This document shows, piece by piece, positions 14,501 through 26,882 of a stretch of 64,000 nt of DNA. The notes under the pieces were generated by a model that was given only the letters and a program-made list of their open reading frames with translations, searched no databases and was not told the DNA's origin. The first letter of the stretch is position 1, and each line of letters starts with the position of its first letter. Source of the DNA: Macrostomum hystrix (Eukaryota; Animalia; Platyhelminthes); assembly GCA_950097015.1 (NCBI GenBank), contig CATNEN010000038.1:28148001-28212000 (forward strand). Direction: 5' to 3'. The translations under genes were made by a program, and so were the position numbers.

Positions 14501-17500
14501 GATTGGATTGGGAGAGTAGAGATTGGATTGGGAGAGTAGAGATTGGATTGGGAGAGTAGAGATTGGATTGGGAGAGTAGAGATTGGATTGGGAGAGTAGA
14601 GATTAGATTGGGAGAGTAGAGATTGGATTGAGAGAGTAGAGATTAGATTGGGAGAGTATAGATTGGATTGGGAGAGTAGAGATTGGATTGGGGGAGTAGA
14701 AATTTAAGTAAAATTTGGATTAAAAGAGCAGAGATTGGATTGACAGAGTAGAGATGAGATAGAGTAGAGATTAGATTGGGAGAGTAGAGATTGGATTGGG
14801 AGAGTATAGATTAGATTGGGAGAGTAGAGATTGGATTGGGAGAGTATAGATTGGATTGGGAGAGTAGAGATTAGATTGAGTAGAGATTGGATTGAGAGAG
14901 TAGAGATTGGATTGGGAGAATAGAGATTGGATTAGGAGAGTAGAGATTGGATTAGGAGAGTAGAGATTGGATTAGGAGTGTAGAGATTGGATTAGGAGAG
15001 TAGAGATTAGATTGAGTAGAGATTGGATTGAGAGAGTAGAGATTGGATTGGGAGAGTAGAGATTGGATTGAGAAAGTAGAGATTGGATTGAGAAAGTAGA
15101 TATTGAATTGAGAAAGTAGATTTTGGATTGAGAGAGTAGAGATTGGATTGAGAAAGTAGATTTTGGATTGAGAGAGTAGATATTGGATTGAGAGAGTAGA
15201 TATTGGATTGAGAAAGTAGATTTTGGATTGAGAAAGTAGATATTGAATTGAGAAAGTAGATTTTGGATTGAGAGAGTAGAGATTGGATTGAGAAAGTAGA
15301 TATTGAATTGAGAAAGTAGATATTGGATTGAGAAAGTAGATTTTGGATTGAGAGAGTAGAGATTGGATTGAGAAAGTAGATATTGAATTGAGAAAGTAGA
15401 TTTTGGATTGAGAAAGTAGATATTGAATTGCGAAAGTAGATTTTAGATTGAGAAACTAGATTTTGGATTGAGAAACTAGATTTTTGATTGAGAGAGTAGA
15501 GATTAGATTGAGAGAGTAGAGATTGGATTGAGAGAGTAGAGATTTGATTGAGAGATAGATTAGATAGATTAGATTAGATAGAGATTGGGTTGAGAGAGTA
15601 CAGATTGCACAGAGATTAGAGATTTCAATAGAAATCGGATTGGGAGAGTAGAGATGGATTGAGAGGTTAGAGGTGGAGAGGAGAGTACAGTAGAAGCAAT
15701 GGTACTGCAGTTTTAATCTTGCCGAAAAGCCTGGATCTTCGCTAAGTCAAAGAGACAAAGCTCTCCAGTCTTGATGCAGAAGCGGAGCCAACGGCTTTTT
15801 TCACAGATCCGTTCCCTCAAGTCTCAACAGTTGCAACAGAGGCGACCACGTCAGCTGTCGCAGCCGTTGCCGCCGCCGCCGCAGCCGACAGACCAGGTGC
15901 ACATCTTCAACTTTGACGACATTGTCAACGAGGCAGGCATCGCGGAGATGATCCGCTGCCCGCGGTACGCCGACAACGGCCACCCGGAGCTGGTGCCGTT
16001 GCGACATCTGGCTCCGGATGTCACTCTGAGCGACCTGCCGATGCGGCTGCAGCTGGACAGCAATCGACTGGAGTTGGTTCAAACCCAGGATCACCTGCTG
16101 GGACAGGTGGGTGCTGATGAATCGAGGTGATTGGGTGGTAGATAAAAATTGTGAAAGCACCTGATGATAAAGTATACAAATTATCACGAGTTAATTATAA
16201 GCTGCATATCAAAAATCTTATTTAGACTGACCCAAAGCTCCTATGTTATTCCTATCTAATCTCATGTTTCTCATATTCTCATTAGTCGTCAGTATAGCGA
16301 AGAACCTTTAAAGAGTGGTTAGCGACACATCAAAATGACCGTTATAAGTACGAGCGTATTGATAAACGGCACTTCAAAGACAAAAAAGATGAACTAGCGC
16401 AGTATCAAGCAACCCCTTCCCACTAGAAAATGATTGGTGGCACAACAAAATGACCCCAAGAGTGGCGGTACATCAAAGAACAAAGCCGAGAAAGTTATTT
16501 GCAGCACACATCAAAGAACCACCCTAGAGAGAATGGTTGTCGGCACGTTGAAGAACGAACGTAAGAAAGTGATTGGCGGCACATAAAAGGACCTACGAGT
16601 GGCGGCACATCAAATAACGTCCCTAGAAAATTATTGGCGCAACATCAAAGGACCTACGAGTGGCGGCATCAAGCATCAAATAACCCCCAATAAAGTGAGT
16701 GGCGGCAAAGAACCTCACTAGAAAATGATTGGCGGCACATCAAAAGATCTACGAGTGGCGGCACATCAAAGAACCCTCAAAAGAGTGAGTGGCGGCATAT
16801 CAAATAACCTTCAAAAGAGTGAGTGGCGGCACATCAAATAACCTTCAAAAGAGTGAGTGGCGGCACATCAAATAACCTTCAAAAGAGTGAGTGGCGGCAC
16901 ATCAAATAACCTTCAAAAGAGTGAATGGCGGCACATCAAAGAACCTCCATAAAAATTATTGGCGCCATATCAAAAGACATACGAATGGCGGCACATCAAA
17001 GAACCTCCATAGAAAATGATTGGCGCCATATCAAAAGACATACGAATGGCGGCACATCAAAGAACCTCCATAGAAAATGATTGGCGCCATATCAAAAGAC
17101 ATACGAATGGCGGCATATCAAATAACCCCCAATAGAGTGAGTGGCGGCACATTAAAGGACCCTCTAAAGAGTTAGTGACGGCACATCAAAGAAACCCTTC
17201 CCGAGAAAGTAAATAGCGGCACATCAAAAGCATCCGCTACTGAATTTTCAGGGCTCTTTCGGCTCCGTCTACCGGGCCGAATACAACGGCGGGTCCTGCG
17301 CCGTGAAGATCTTCAGCTTGGCCACCGGAGACACTCCCACATACCGTCTGTTGCGTCAGGAGAGCGGAATACTTTGCCAGCTAGATCATCCGGCTCTCTT
17401 ACGGATGCTAGCAGTTGGCCGACGGCCCTACCAGCTCGTCCTGGAGCTGGCCCCAATGGGCGCGCTCCATCAGTTGCTGCAGCAAAAGCGAATACGTGAC

Positions 17501-20500
17501 AGGGGCCTGCAGCACCGCCTGATGCATCAAGTGACAGATGGTCTGGCATTTCTGCACCGACGCTCCATCATCTATAGGGATTTGAAGCTGGACAATGTGC
17601 TGGTGTTCAGTCTGTCAACTGAGCGGACAGTGGTACGTTTTGCTAGAAAATGTAGGAGCTGAAATAAACAAAAATATTTCCCTAACTGTATCTACGATAA
17701 CCTATTCGATCTTTAGGTGAACGTTAAGCTCTCCGATTACGGAATCTCTCGATTCGCCACGCCCTACGGCTTCGCCCAGCCGGAGGGCACGCCCGGCTAT
17801 CGCGCGCCCGAAGTTATCAACGGCGAGGTCTACGGACTCTCCGCCGACGTCTACTCGTTGGGCATTGTGCTCTACGGCATCGTAACTAATGGCAGGCATC
17901 CGTTTGAGAACTCTTGCTTTCGAGACGAGTTCGATGAGGCGACGCTAAAGGTTTAAAAAACCGTCCTTCTCTTAACCAACTTGCTGTACATTAGACACAA
18001 ACCTCACTCCCTACCTCTGCTCCTGATGTACATAAGACAGCAACCTCACTCCCTACCTCTGCTCCTGATGTACATTAGACACAAACCTCACTCCCTACCT
18101 CTGCTCCTGATGTACATAAGACACCAACCTAACTCCCTAATACCTCATTTTTATAAACTATTTCAGGCTACCAGCATAGATCCGCTGTTTAAAAAAGGCT
18201 GCCCTGATTGGCCCCAGCTAGAGCTGGTTATCAACCGCTGTCTAATCAGACGCGAGCCAAACAAACGCCCAGCGGCCAGCGAAGTTCTGGCCACCCTATG
18301 CCGGCCGGAGTTCGCCTGCCTGCGCGCCTGGGTCAAGGTCAGTAGCCGGCACGGTGTCGACTGCATGGCTGTTCGCAGTCCCGGACTTGGCCGGCAGAAA
18401 ATTGGCAGCGTCAGTGGCGGTGACGTAGCCGGCGTGGACATTGTGTGCGCCTGCAGTGGTGTTGACACCATTGAGATGGTTCACACTAAACTATATGCTG
18501 AGTCTGTATCTGTAAGTTCTACTGGAGTAACTAAATATTTATGAGTGTTTTAGTCTAAATTAGGTGCCTTTCTTTTTTTTCAGGTAAATCTAAAACAACA
18601 AATACGATCACCCACAACCCCACAAAGTCCAGCCGCCGACATCACTCTGTGAGCCAATAGCCCCATCAGAGCCTTCGCCCCGCCCGCATATCACACCCAC
18701 CCCCACCAGAGCCCCTTGCCCCACGCGCGAATCACACCCACCACCCCACCAAAGCCCTTGTCCCGCCCGCATATCACACCCAGCACCCCACCAAAGCCCG
18801 TGCCCCGCCCGCATATCATACCCACCACCCCACCAAAACCCTTGCCCCGCCTGCATATCACACCCACCACCCCACCAAAACCCATGCCCCGCCTGCATAT
18901 CACATCCACCACCCCACCAAAACCCTTGCCCCGCCTGCATATCACACCCACCAACCCACCAGAGCCCTTGTCCCGCCCGAATACACACACTACCCCCAGC
19001 TCACACAGCTGTAGCCTTGTCAATACATACAGTCAACAGTCGAAATCCGCAAGTCGAATTCCTATTTACCCATTATTTTTCATAGAGCCTCACTATCCGA
19101 GGCCGTCGCGCCTTATCTATGGCCTTAATTGGCAGTATGGCCATAGTAGGCACTGTGTGGGGCCAAGTTCATCTGTACGACTTTTCGCAGAATAAAATTC
19201 GTTTAGCTATCGACGACCACATGCCGGACGCTGTTGTCAGCATCTCGGAGTTTAGGTTGGTTTCTTCATCGTTAATTTTAACATCTGAAGGCGAGTTGTA
19301 TATCTTTTTTTCTAAATCATCACCTTTCAGTCCAAACGAGAAGGATCGTCTAATTTTGCTCGGACTAGCCAATGGTCGCATAGCGGTATTGCACAAGCAC
19401 CGACTGCTCAAGGTGAGATTCTTAATAAACAATGCGAACTGTATTAGAAATGTATTTTACAGTAGAAAAGCCGTTTTGACGCAGTTCAAGGAAGCCACGC
19501 CGATCGCGTACATATCTCCGGACAATGAACGAGCACCGATTCATCGCCTATTGCCAACTAAAAATAATAAACTTCTAGTTGCTAAGGGCTCGCGCCTGTT
19601 CAGCTTGAGTTTGAAACGCAGTCCAAATGAGCAAGCGGAAAGCCGGCCAGTCGCAACGGAAGAATCTGGTTCCGAGTCACTCGCTGGCAACTGGGAATGG
19701 GAGCTGCTCAAGCAGTTTGGCAACGGGTTAGTGAATTAATATTACTTCGATTTCGTTCGAAGATTAGAATAAAATATAGTTTGTATGCAAATCATGGGTT
19801 GTAACAGACCAAAAAATGAATATCCACACCATAGAAACTGCTTAGCAACTGCATAGCAACCGGATTGCAACTTTTATAATTATGCCTCGATGATAGAGGG
19901 TCCGATGATAAAGTGGGAGAAGAAAAAGCGCATAGTAACTGCATAGCAACTGCATAGCAACTACATTAGAAAGTATCATCTAAAATAATTCAGAGCGGAA
20001 ATGAACACTACTAAATTTGTACTATACTTCAGCCGCAGCGGCGCCAGCATCTATTGCTTGGCCTGCACTCGCAAATCGATTTTTCTTACTCTTCGCAATG
20101 AGAGCCGCGTCTACGTCCTAGACAAGTATGGCAACGATCAGCGCCAACCAATCAGCGCTCAGCAGTTAATCTCCCAGCGCATCGGTGAGCCAATCGGTGA
20201 AGTCGAAGCCAGAGTCACGGCGTTATGCGCGCTAAACTCTAGACGATTTGCGTTGGGCACTGGCGGTGGCTACTTTCTGGTTGCGGAGTCTTTTAACTCT
20301 GGAGCGACGAATAGCTTCGCTGTACGACTACAAAATCGTCCAATAAGGGCTGTGAAGCATGTGAAATTTCCAGCAGGTTTGTGCCAAATCTACCTTTGAT
20401 CTCTCTCCCTGTGTCGCCTTCTGATTGATCCGCCTCCCACCCCTAGCCTTATTTTCTTACCTCCTGTCGCGCGACCCACCCACCCACCCGAAATCGACGT

Positions 20501-21274
20501 ACATTATCATAGAGGGGATAGAGTAGAATTCCCTCGTAAGGTTGATTGGTTGCTATTTATAGCAAAGCTTCTGGGAAATCCCTCTTTAACTGGTTACACG
20601 AGGTTAATTTTGCTATTTGCATTCCTAACTGAGTAGTTCCCATCGGAGCGCGGCACACGCTGCAGAATAGGCGTCGAATCGGAGCCGCATTTGACGTCCA
20701 GTCGGTTCTGTCGCAGAGCGGCGGACCGGTCGTCGGTAATGCCGTTGGCGGCGGAGTCGGTGGCGGCGGCGGGGTCGGCTCGAGACCGATCCGAAAGTGT
20801 AGCACCGACATGCGCACGAAAATCAACGAGCTTTATGGTAAGCCGGCTGTGATCTCGATCTGAGTTTTTGCCTTTGTGGGTCTCTCTTCGTGATAGAGTG
20901 ACAGAGAGGCTAGAGTGACAGAGTAGGACAGAGTGACAAAGACGGGGAGAACTTGAAACCAACCCTGAACTCTTGCAGATGCCAACGATGACTCGGACAC
21001 CGCCAGAAGTTGCATCATCGTGTCCGGCTCTAGCCTGGAATCGCCAGACGAATCGGCGACAACATCCGACGATCTGCCAAAAACCGCTTACAAAACCGCT
21101 AATGACGATGGCGCCGACGAAGCCTCACTTGGCGATGACGAAGATCGTCAGCCAAGGGAGAGTGGCTTCTTGGCAGTATTTCAAGACGATCTGCTTGAAC
21201 AGAGCGCGATGCTTAGAGATTATCTGCGTCGACGAGATGAGCTGATCCCTGCTGCCTCGGCGGCTTTGGTATAG
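827..21274 (+). CDS. LRRK2: Leucine-rich repeat kinase, ROCO family (LRR-ROC-COR-kinase-WD40), LRRK1/LRRK2-like; 5' end lies upstream of the window
   Basis: Phase-consistent GT-AG exons: 827-925, 1611-2092, 2175-2932, 3586-4253, 5025-5148, 6371-6557, 7129-7478, 7983-8124, 8433-8861, 9353-9629, 9977-10165, 10539-10861, 11773-11934, 15807-16106, 17252-17632, 17717-17950, 18167-18511, 19086-19255, 19331-19412, 19485-19726, 20033-20376, 20637-20837, 20979-21274. LRRs (LxxLxLxxN). ROC motifs MKLMLVGFGGRGKTSLL, WDFAGQEEFY, VGTHVD. COR: AVRFLHESGVLLHF, IEEWYPGL. Kinase: GQGSFGSVY, AVK, YRDLKLDN, DYG, GTPGYRAPE. LRRK-type C-terminal helix. Orthology to LRRK2 versus LRRK1 is not resolved. Confidence 0.93.
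1020..1500. repeat. Intronic minisatellite, 33-35-bp unit (GTAGGGTAGACAGTAGGATTGAAAGCATTATAG)
   Basis: Tandem copies in LRRK intron 926-1610. Confidence 0.9.
4270..4920. repeat. Intronic minisatellite, ~20-bp unit (GGGATTCCTGTCTAACAGA)
   Basis: Tandem copies with a higher-order trimer. Confidence 0.95.
5291..6260. repeat. Intronic minisatellite, 24-bp unit (GTGCTGAGAAGTAGACAGGTATAT)
   Basis: About 40 tandem copies. Confidence 0.97.
6611..7070. repeat. Intronic minisatellite, 20-bp unit (ATCCAGTCAATCCTTATCAA)
   Basis: Tandem copies. Confidence 0.95.
7505..7860. repeat. G-rich intronic minisatellite, ~21-bp unit (AGAGTGCGTGGGCGGGTAC)
   Basis: Tandem copies. Confidence 0.9.
8135..8411. repeat. 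Near-perfect 14-bp intronic array (CTGGGATCTACGAT)
   Basis: About 20 copies filling intron 8125-8432. Confidence 0.97.
8885..9337. repeat. Intronic minisatellite, 21-bp unit (GTGAGACAGTGAGATTAGAGA)
   Basis: Tandem copies. Confidence 0.95.
9635..9887. repeat. Intronic minisatellite, 17-bp unit (CTATGAGCAATGAGCT grading to CTATGACCAATGATCC)
   Basis: Tandem copies with a gradient of variants. Confidence 0.9.
10238..10457. repeat. Intronic purine-rich minisatellite (GGGAGAGAGGAGAGAAACAGACAGT)
   Basis: Tandem copies. Confidence 0.9.
10907..11735. repeat. Intronic minisatellite, 58-bp unit, followed by short AATGACC/AATGACTC repeats
   Basis: About 12 tandem copies. Confidence 0.95.
12137..12630. 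repeat. Intronic minisatellite, 17-bp unit (GATCCCATGACTATAAA)
   Basis: Tandem copies with a perfect core. Confidence 0.95.
13038..15660. repeat. 2.6-kb intronic minisatellite, 20-bp unit (GGAGAGTAGAGATTGGATTG)
   Basis: About 130 tandem copies. Confidence 0.98.
16400..17230. repeat. Intronic dimeric minisatellite (TGGCGGCACATCAAA core, 26/34-bp units)
   Basis: Alternating related units. Confidence 0.85.
17985..18140. repeat. Intronic 42-bp tandem repeat
   Basis: About 3.5 copies of TGTACATTAGACACAAACCTCACTCCCTACCTCTGCTCCTGA. Confidence 0.9.
18675..18990. repeat. C-rich intronic 45-bp tandem repeat
   Basis: About 7 copies. Confidence 0.9.
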
Positions 21275-24200
21275 CAACAACACACCAGAGACATCATCCC
21301 TCTTTAAAAATAAGTTTTTTTACTAAGTATTGACTTTCGTTTTTATTCAGCTACAAACTATAACTCCAATACAATCATGAAAATATAATTATCACAAACA
21401 ATCTACCGAGGCTCATAATTTGGCCATCCGAAAGATATACAACACCTGCTGAGGTAGATTATTTGACTGTGAAAAACTTTGGCTTGTGCGAAGCCGTAAC
21501 TGTGGGAATATTTTCATGTTTATATTTTTTTCCTATATTAGCGCCTATGCATTGAATCGCAGTTTTTTATGTTTGTCTATTTTTTACTTGACTTCAACGC
21601 TTTCATTTTTTATATAATACTTTTCCCTTGCTTATCACGTTGTTATTGCTAAATTAAAAGCAAGCAAGCATATAGAACAAATTATATTGCACGAAATTTA
21701 CAGAAGTTTTTTATACAATAATATTTTTTCTTCCGTCTTGCTTGACTTGTTATAGAATCAGCCACTTTCAAATGTCTGTTTGTCTGTAAACCATCGGACA
21801 GGTTATGTGTTAGGAGACATTGAGTGCCTTATGATTCAATTCTACTGCATGCAATTTAAGCAATGGTTTTACAAGCAGCCAGCACCACGGAAAATTTCAA
21901 GTTTAAAACGAGGCTATTTCAGTTTTCGCGTTTCTAACTAACAAATAGTTTCCTTAGTTAGCAACCTCTTTGTGGGTGATTTACTTAGAAGAAAGAAAAT
22001 TTATAAAACTCAAAACATTTTCAAACAGAAATCTTTGTGCTACAGACCTTCTTTAAAATAGCTTTTATTTATTTCGCATGTCGTCCAAAGTAAAGCAGAC
22101 AATTACAAAATCAATAAGTAGCTGATTTTTACGCATTATTTGAAAATTCCGCGTAGTCCAGCATATGTTGTCCATGGTCGACCTACCATGCCGTATTGTT
22201 TTATGAACTAATTAACCACTTTTTATAACAGTAGACGGAGTCCCATATGACAATACAACATGGACAATATACTTCAAGCGTTTTAGCCCTAGGCCTAGTG
22301 ATGCTTTGGCTATGCTAAAGAAAGACTACCTTGGCTTAGCTACGCCCACGCATTTAGACTAAGCTTAGATTTATTTAACTAAAGTGATTCAGTAGGCTAT
22401 TAGCATTTTGATACATAGCTTTCTTATTAGGTCTGGTAGCCTGTATTACTAGTAGGTCTACTGCTAAGTTATATTATTAGGGGCCTATAGTAATTATATT
22501 AATTATATTATATTAATTATATTAATAATTACGCTGCCTGAACATAAAACACAGTCTGTATAGGCTCTAGCTTTATTTAGGCCAATACTACAGCAAAGTC
22601 AAATGTTTAACATTAAGTCTAATTAATAAAATTATATGGCTAGTTTTTTTTTATTTTTTTTCATTTTTTTTCTTGGGTTGGCCATTGGCTTACAATATTC
22701 TCTAATAGGCCTAAGGTCTAATTCTCCTATCTATCATGCATTTCAGTACTATGCAGTGCATTTTTATACCAATCACAGTCAGTGCTTTTTGTTTTTGGTA
22801 CAGCTCTTAGGGTAAGGACTGCTTTTTGGTACTGTACCATGTGGTTAGGCTAATAAATGCAAAAATTGTTATTTTATGTAAATTTGCTAGGATGGTATAC
22901 ATTTTTGAATGTATAGTTTCAAATTTGATAGCAGTTATCAGGCAATTTTAAATAAAAAATTAAATTTTAATGCATTTACATAATCAATAGATAACCATGC
23001 TATGCCAGCAATAAGTTTGTCCTCACCAAGAGGGTCTTCAATGCAACATTGAACATTTCAAAGTGTTGCACTGTACTGCACTGTACTGGTACTGCTAGCT
23101 TCAAAGCCAACATTTTTATATAGCTCTACTGCTATATAAACCTGCAGTAGAGCTACTAGCTGCGTAGCTTCAAACACCTGATGAGTCGAGCTTTGTTTGA
23201 GCTATTGTGCATTGACATTAAGGTCTGATAATAACTTTAGTCAGTTTAGTGGCCACAACTCTTGGAAAACTTGGTTATAACTTAGTTTTATAAATATGAA
23301 GTATAACAAAAGAAAGCTAAATATTGAATTAGTAACTAATTGCTTTAGAGACCAAAAAGCTGTCCCAACCCTAAGAACTGACAAGCTGTACTGAAAAGCA
23401 CTGACTGGTACCAAAATGCATCCAAAATCTTTATAATAGGGTCTCTAGCAATTAGGCTAAGCCTAATGCCCCAAGGCCTATTGTGTTTTTTATAGATAGT
23501 ATTTACTATTGTGCTTGTAATAGTAGCTAGCTGGTTTTTGCATTTCTAGTCATGTAACAAAAACTTTTAAGAAAATTGAAATTTTAGACTGGGAATAGAC
23601 TAATGAAAAAAATATGGACACCAATTTAGGCTTACTACTTTTATGCCCATTACAATTATGCATTAGGTCACTATACCAGCCCAAATAATAGTTATGACAG
23701 TTGCTTAGCTATCAAATGTGTAACAGCCAACAAGTGCAGAATTGTGGTAGCAATTTTTTTAAAATACCATCTTGACTCTTATCATTCAGTAGCAATAGTA
23801 GCAATTGATCCATTTCTATATATTATTTGTCATGCAAATCCTAGTACACATGATTTTCCAAAGCTTATATAATACTTTTTGCTTTTTATTAAGCTAGTCA
23901 TGTCTTTCTTTGCTAGGCCTTACTTGGCAACTAATTTGACCCATATCTGACTATTTACAAGTTCCTTAAGGTACTGGACAATTAAAATTAAAAATTTACT
24001 TAATTTATTTAAAGCCCTTAGGTGTTTGTGGTAATGTTAAGTACTTCTGATATAGGCCCAGAAGTTATAATGCATTATAGGACAATATTTTAGTATTTAA
24101 TTAGTTACACACTTCCTTATTATAGTTATCTTCTTCTAATATCTTATAAAAAGTTGGTTAACTTCTTACTAATTTTTTATGCTGTCTTGTGTAGGTTAAT

Positions 24201-24316
24201 CCTTTTTGTTTTCTAAATCTTTGGAAAGTGTTTACATTCTTACCCTCCAGCCACAGAGCAAGAAAAAGCTAAAGCTAGTCCCATATTTCAACTATCAAAT
24301 ACTATATAGCTTATTA

Positions 24317-25717
24317 ATGGAGACTCGTCGGAAGGCAACGTCGCCGCAGCGCCGTCGCGATAATAGCCGGTCGCGCAGTAGAATCTCGCGACCCTCTCTG
24401 CCAGCCTCAGCATCGTTGGCCAATTCTGCTACTTCGTCGCCATCTGGCGGCCCTAGGCGCGGCTTCTTCCAACCCGGCCGGAGCAGCCTGACCGGCTCGA
24501 GACCGCCAGGTTCCGCCGAGAGACCGCCGTTGCGTCGCCTGCCCCGGTACTATGACGCCGAAATTGAACTGCGACAGGTGCGACTGATTATATTTGATTG
24601 AATCCATTTCATATATAAATATGGATTGCGGCTTGTCTTAGTTTTTTTATCAGAGTTACAACTCTGTTCAGAGAGCCGTATGTTCAGCTGTTCAGTCCAT
24701 AGACTAGGGGGGCCGCTACACCAACCCTTAATTACCCCAGCCAATGAAGCGTTAGGTATATTGAGGTACACTGCCTGGCAATTAGAAATTCAGGGCAAAT
24801 GTACACACCTGTGTGAGCGTGTGCCTGTGAAGGGTATCTGTGTAATAATGCAGAATTGCCTTCTCGCTGGCTGCGGGTCCAGTGTCACCAAATGATGTGT
24901 CATTGCCTACAGCAATCCAGCTATCATTATTCTTAGTTTTTAGCTATTTTTTCTAAGATATATTGTAGTATCCTTACTCTTACCTTATATAACACAATCT
25001 TTTTTTGTTACGAGCTGTTCAACTGTCACCCAACATCATGTGCAGGTGAAGGAGCGCATGCCGATGTACTCGGACTGGGCCAAGCAGGACGAGCTGTTCG
25101 AGACCACCAGGCGCGACAAGCAGCGCTACGAGGCCAAGCAGGCGCAGAAGCGGCAGTCGCAGAGCCTCAACGGCAGCCTGGGAGCCAATCTGAACGCTTC
25201 GTTGAACTCGAACGCCTCCGACAGCAGCTGCTTCGAGTTAGAGGACGACGAGGCGGTGCTGCTACGCAGGCAGCGCGACATCGACAAGTCGAAGAACCTG
25301 ACGGCCTACGCCAACTACGCCAAGGCGGTGCCGAAGCCGCTTCGGGAGAAGGGCGACCCGCGAACGCCCAACAAGTTTGTCCGCATGTCCCGCAGGGCCT
25401 GGGACGGCTGCGTCAAGCAGTGGAAGCTGCAGCTGCACCGCTGGGACGATGCGGCCAGCAGCAGCGGCGGCGTCTCGCCGCGGTCATCGCCATCATCGAC
25501 GCCGTTGACGAAGTCGCCGCCAGGACTCGCCGAGGTCGAAGACGGCGACTCGCGCACTCTGACAGCCGCGCCTGCCGCCACCTCCAGCGTCCAGCCCGAT
25601 GCTCTGCACAGCGGCCTCACCAGCGACGTCCAAGGCCTTGCGGTCGGCTGTCCCAGACTGTGCCGCAAGCGGTCCTCGGCCCTCACCGACTCCCCTTCCA
25701 AGAAGCTGAAGCACTGA
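24317..25717 (+). CDS. SLBP: Histone RNA stem-loop binding protein (about 310 aa)
   Basis: Exons 24317-24577 and 25046-25717 (phase 0). RNA-binding domain LRRQRDIDKSKNLTAYANY...DPRTPNKFVRMSRRAWDGCVKQWKLQLHRWD matches the SLBP RBD pattern (TPNK, SRRxWD, WKxxLHxWD). Upstream SDWAKQDE resembles the DWxxxxEE translation-activation motif. Confidence 0.9.
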
Positions 25718-26882
25718 CCGCCTTCAGTGCCGGGGTACTATTCGCCCAATTCATTAGCGGCATCACATGTGCGTCGCTAATCATATTAAAAAAATTCTCA
25801 CAATATACAAATTTTAAAAAGCTGAACAAAAAATACAAACTTATTTTTCACATCGTTCTATTATTTTTTCACCAAATTTCACTTGCTCATTTCAAGCTCA
25901 CTTTTGTTATTTTCTTCTTTCGTCACTTGCGCGTTTCCACTTCTCTCCCTAAATGGTGCTCTAATTTGCTATTTTTTGTTTCCTAACTTACAATGAGTCC
26001 TTCAGCGTCCTTCATCATATTTTCTAAATCTCCGCGGTTTACTTTGTATTTATTCAACAATTATGCTTTTTAGCAAAAATAAATGCATCTGTTCGCATAT
26101 TGCTACTGTTGGACTCTCCCTTATGTAAGTAGCATTTAACGTGTATTTATTTAGTCGCAACGCCAGCTTGCAATTTTAGCGTCGTCGGTAACTTTCAGCT
26201 ATTTTTCATAAGCAATTTTTCTCTACAACTTATTTTCTTTATTGGGTATTAAGTAGCTCAAATTGTTATTATATTATTAATTATTAATAATCAAATAATT
26301 ACACTGTAAATTTTCATAAATAATTAACACGGTTAAAAACTATATTACAGTTTGTTATAATTTGCACATAAATAAAAAATCTGTTTTTGTGTATATTGTT
26401 ATTTATTTTGTCTAAACTGGTTAATAAATAGTTTTTAAAGTGTGTTACAAAAGTTCATAAAATGTAGACAATGTAGAGAAACTAAATATAATCTAGCCTT
26501 ATTAGAGAGGCATTCTAACGAATGACAGTCAATAGCTTGCTTTAATTTGTCTCGAGTCTGGTTAGGAAAAGTTTACAGCACAAAAAGTAGGAAAATTATG
26601 CAAATGAAAAAGAAATAAAACTACATTCATTTAGTTCTAGTGCATCTCAACAGTGTTTTACTTGTCCGACAAGACAACACAAATCTACTTCAGGCAGATA
26701 ACCTTAAGGTGCAATATAATTTTTATCTGGATAAAATATAACATTTTGTTCGAATTGTTCTACTATCAGTAGAGTAATTAGTTTTTGTGTTATTACTGAT
26801 CTCTTCCGATCGCGCTACTAATAACAATTAGCCTGCCCAACACTGTCGAAGACCGAAATCCAGGTCGATTTCTGTAACTTCT

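Noticed and set aside
16400-17230. Repeat-spacer look (TGGCGGCACATCAAA with variable intervals) suggesting a CRISPR array
   Set aside because: The intervening sequences are related to each other (two alternating unit types), the context is a eukaryotic intron, and there are no cas genes.
19838-19965. Repeated GCATAGCAAC half X-boxes in an LRRK intron
   Set aside because: Short local duplications with no complete site and no promoter context.
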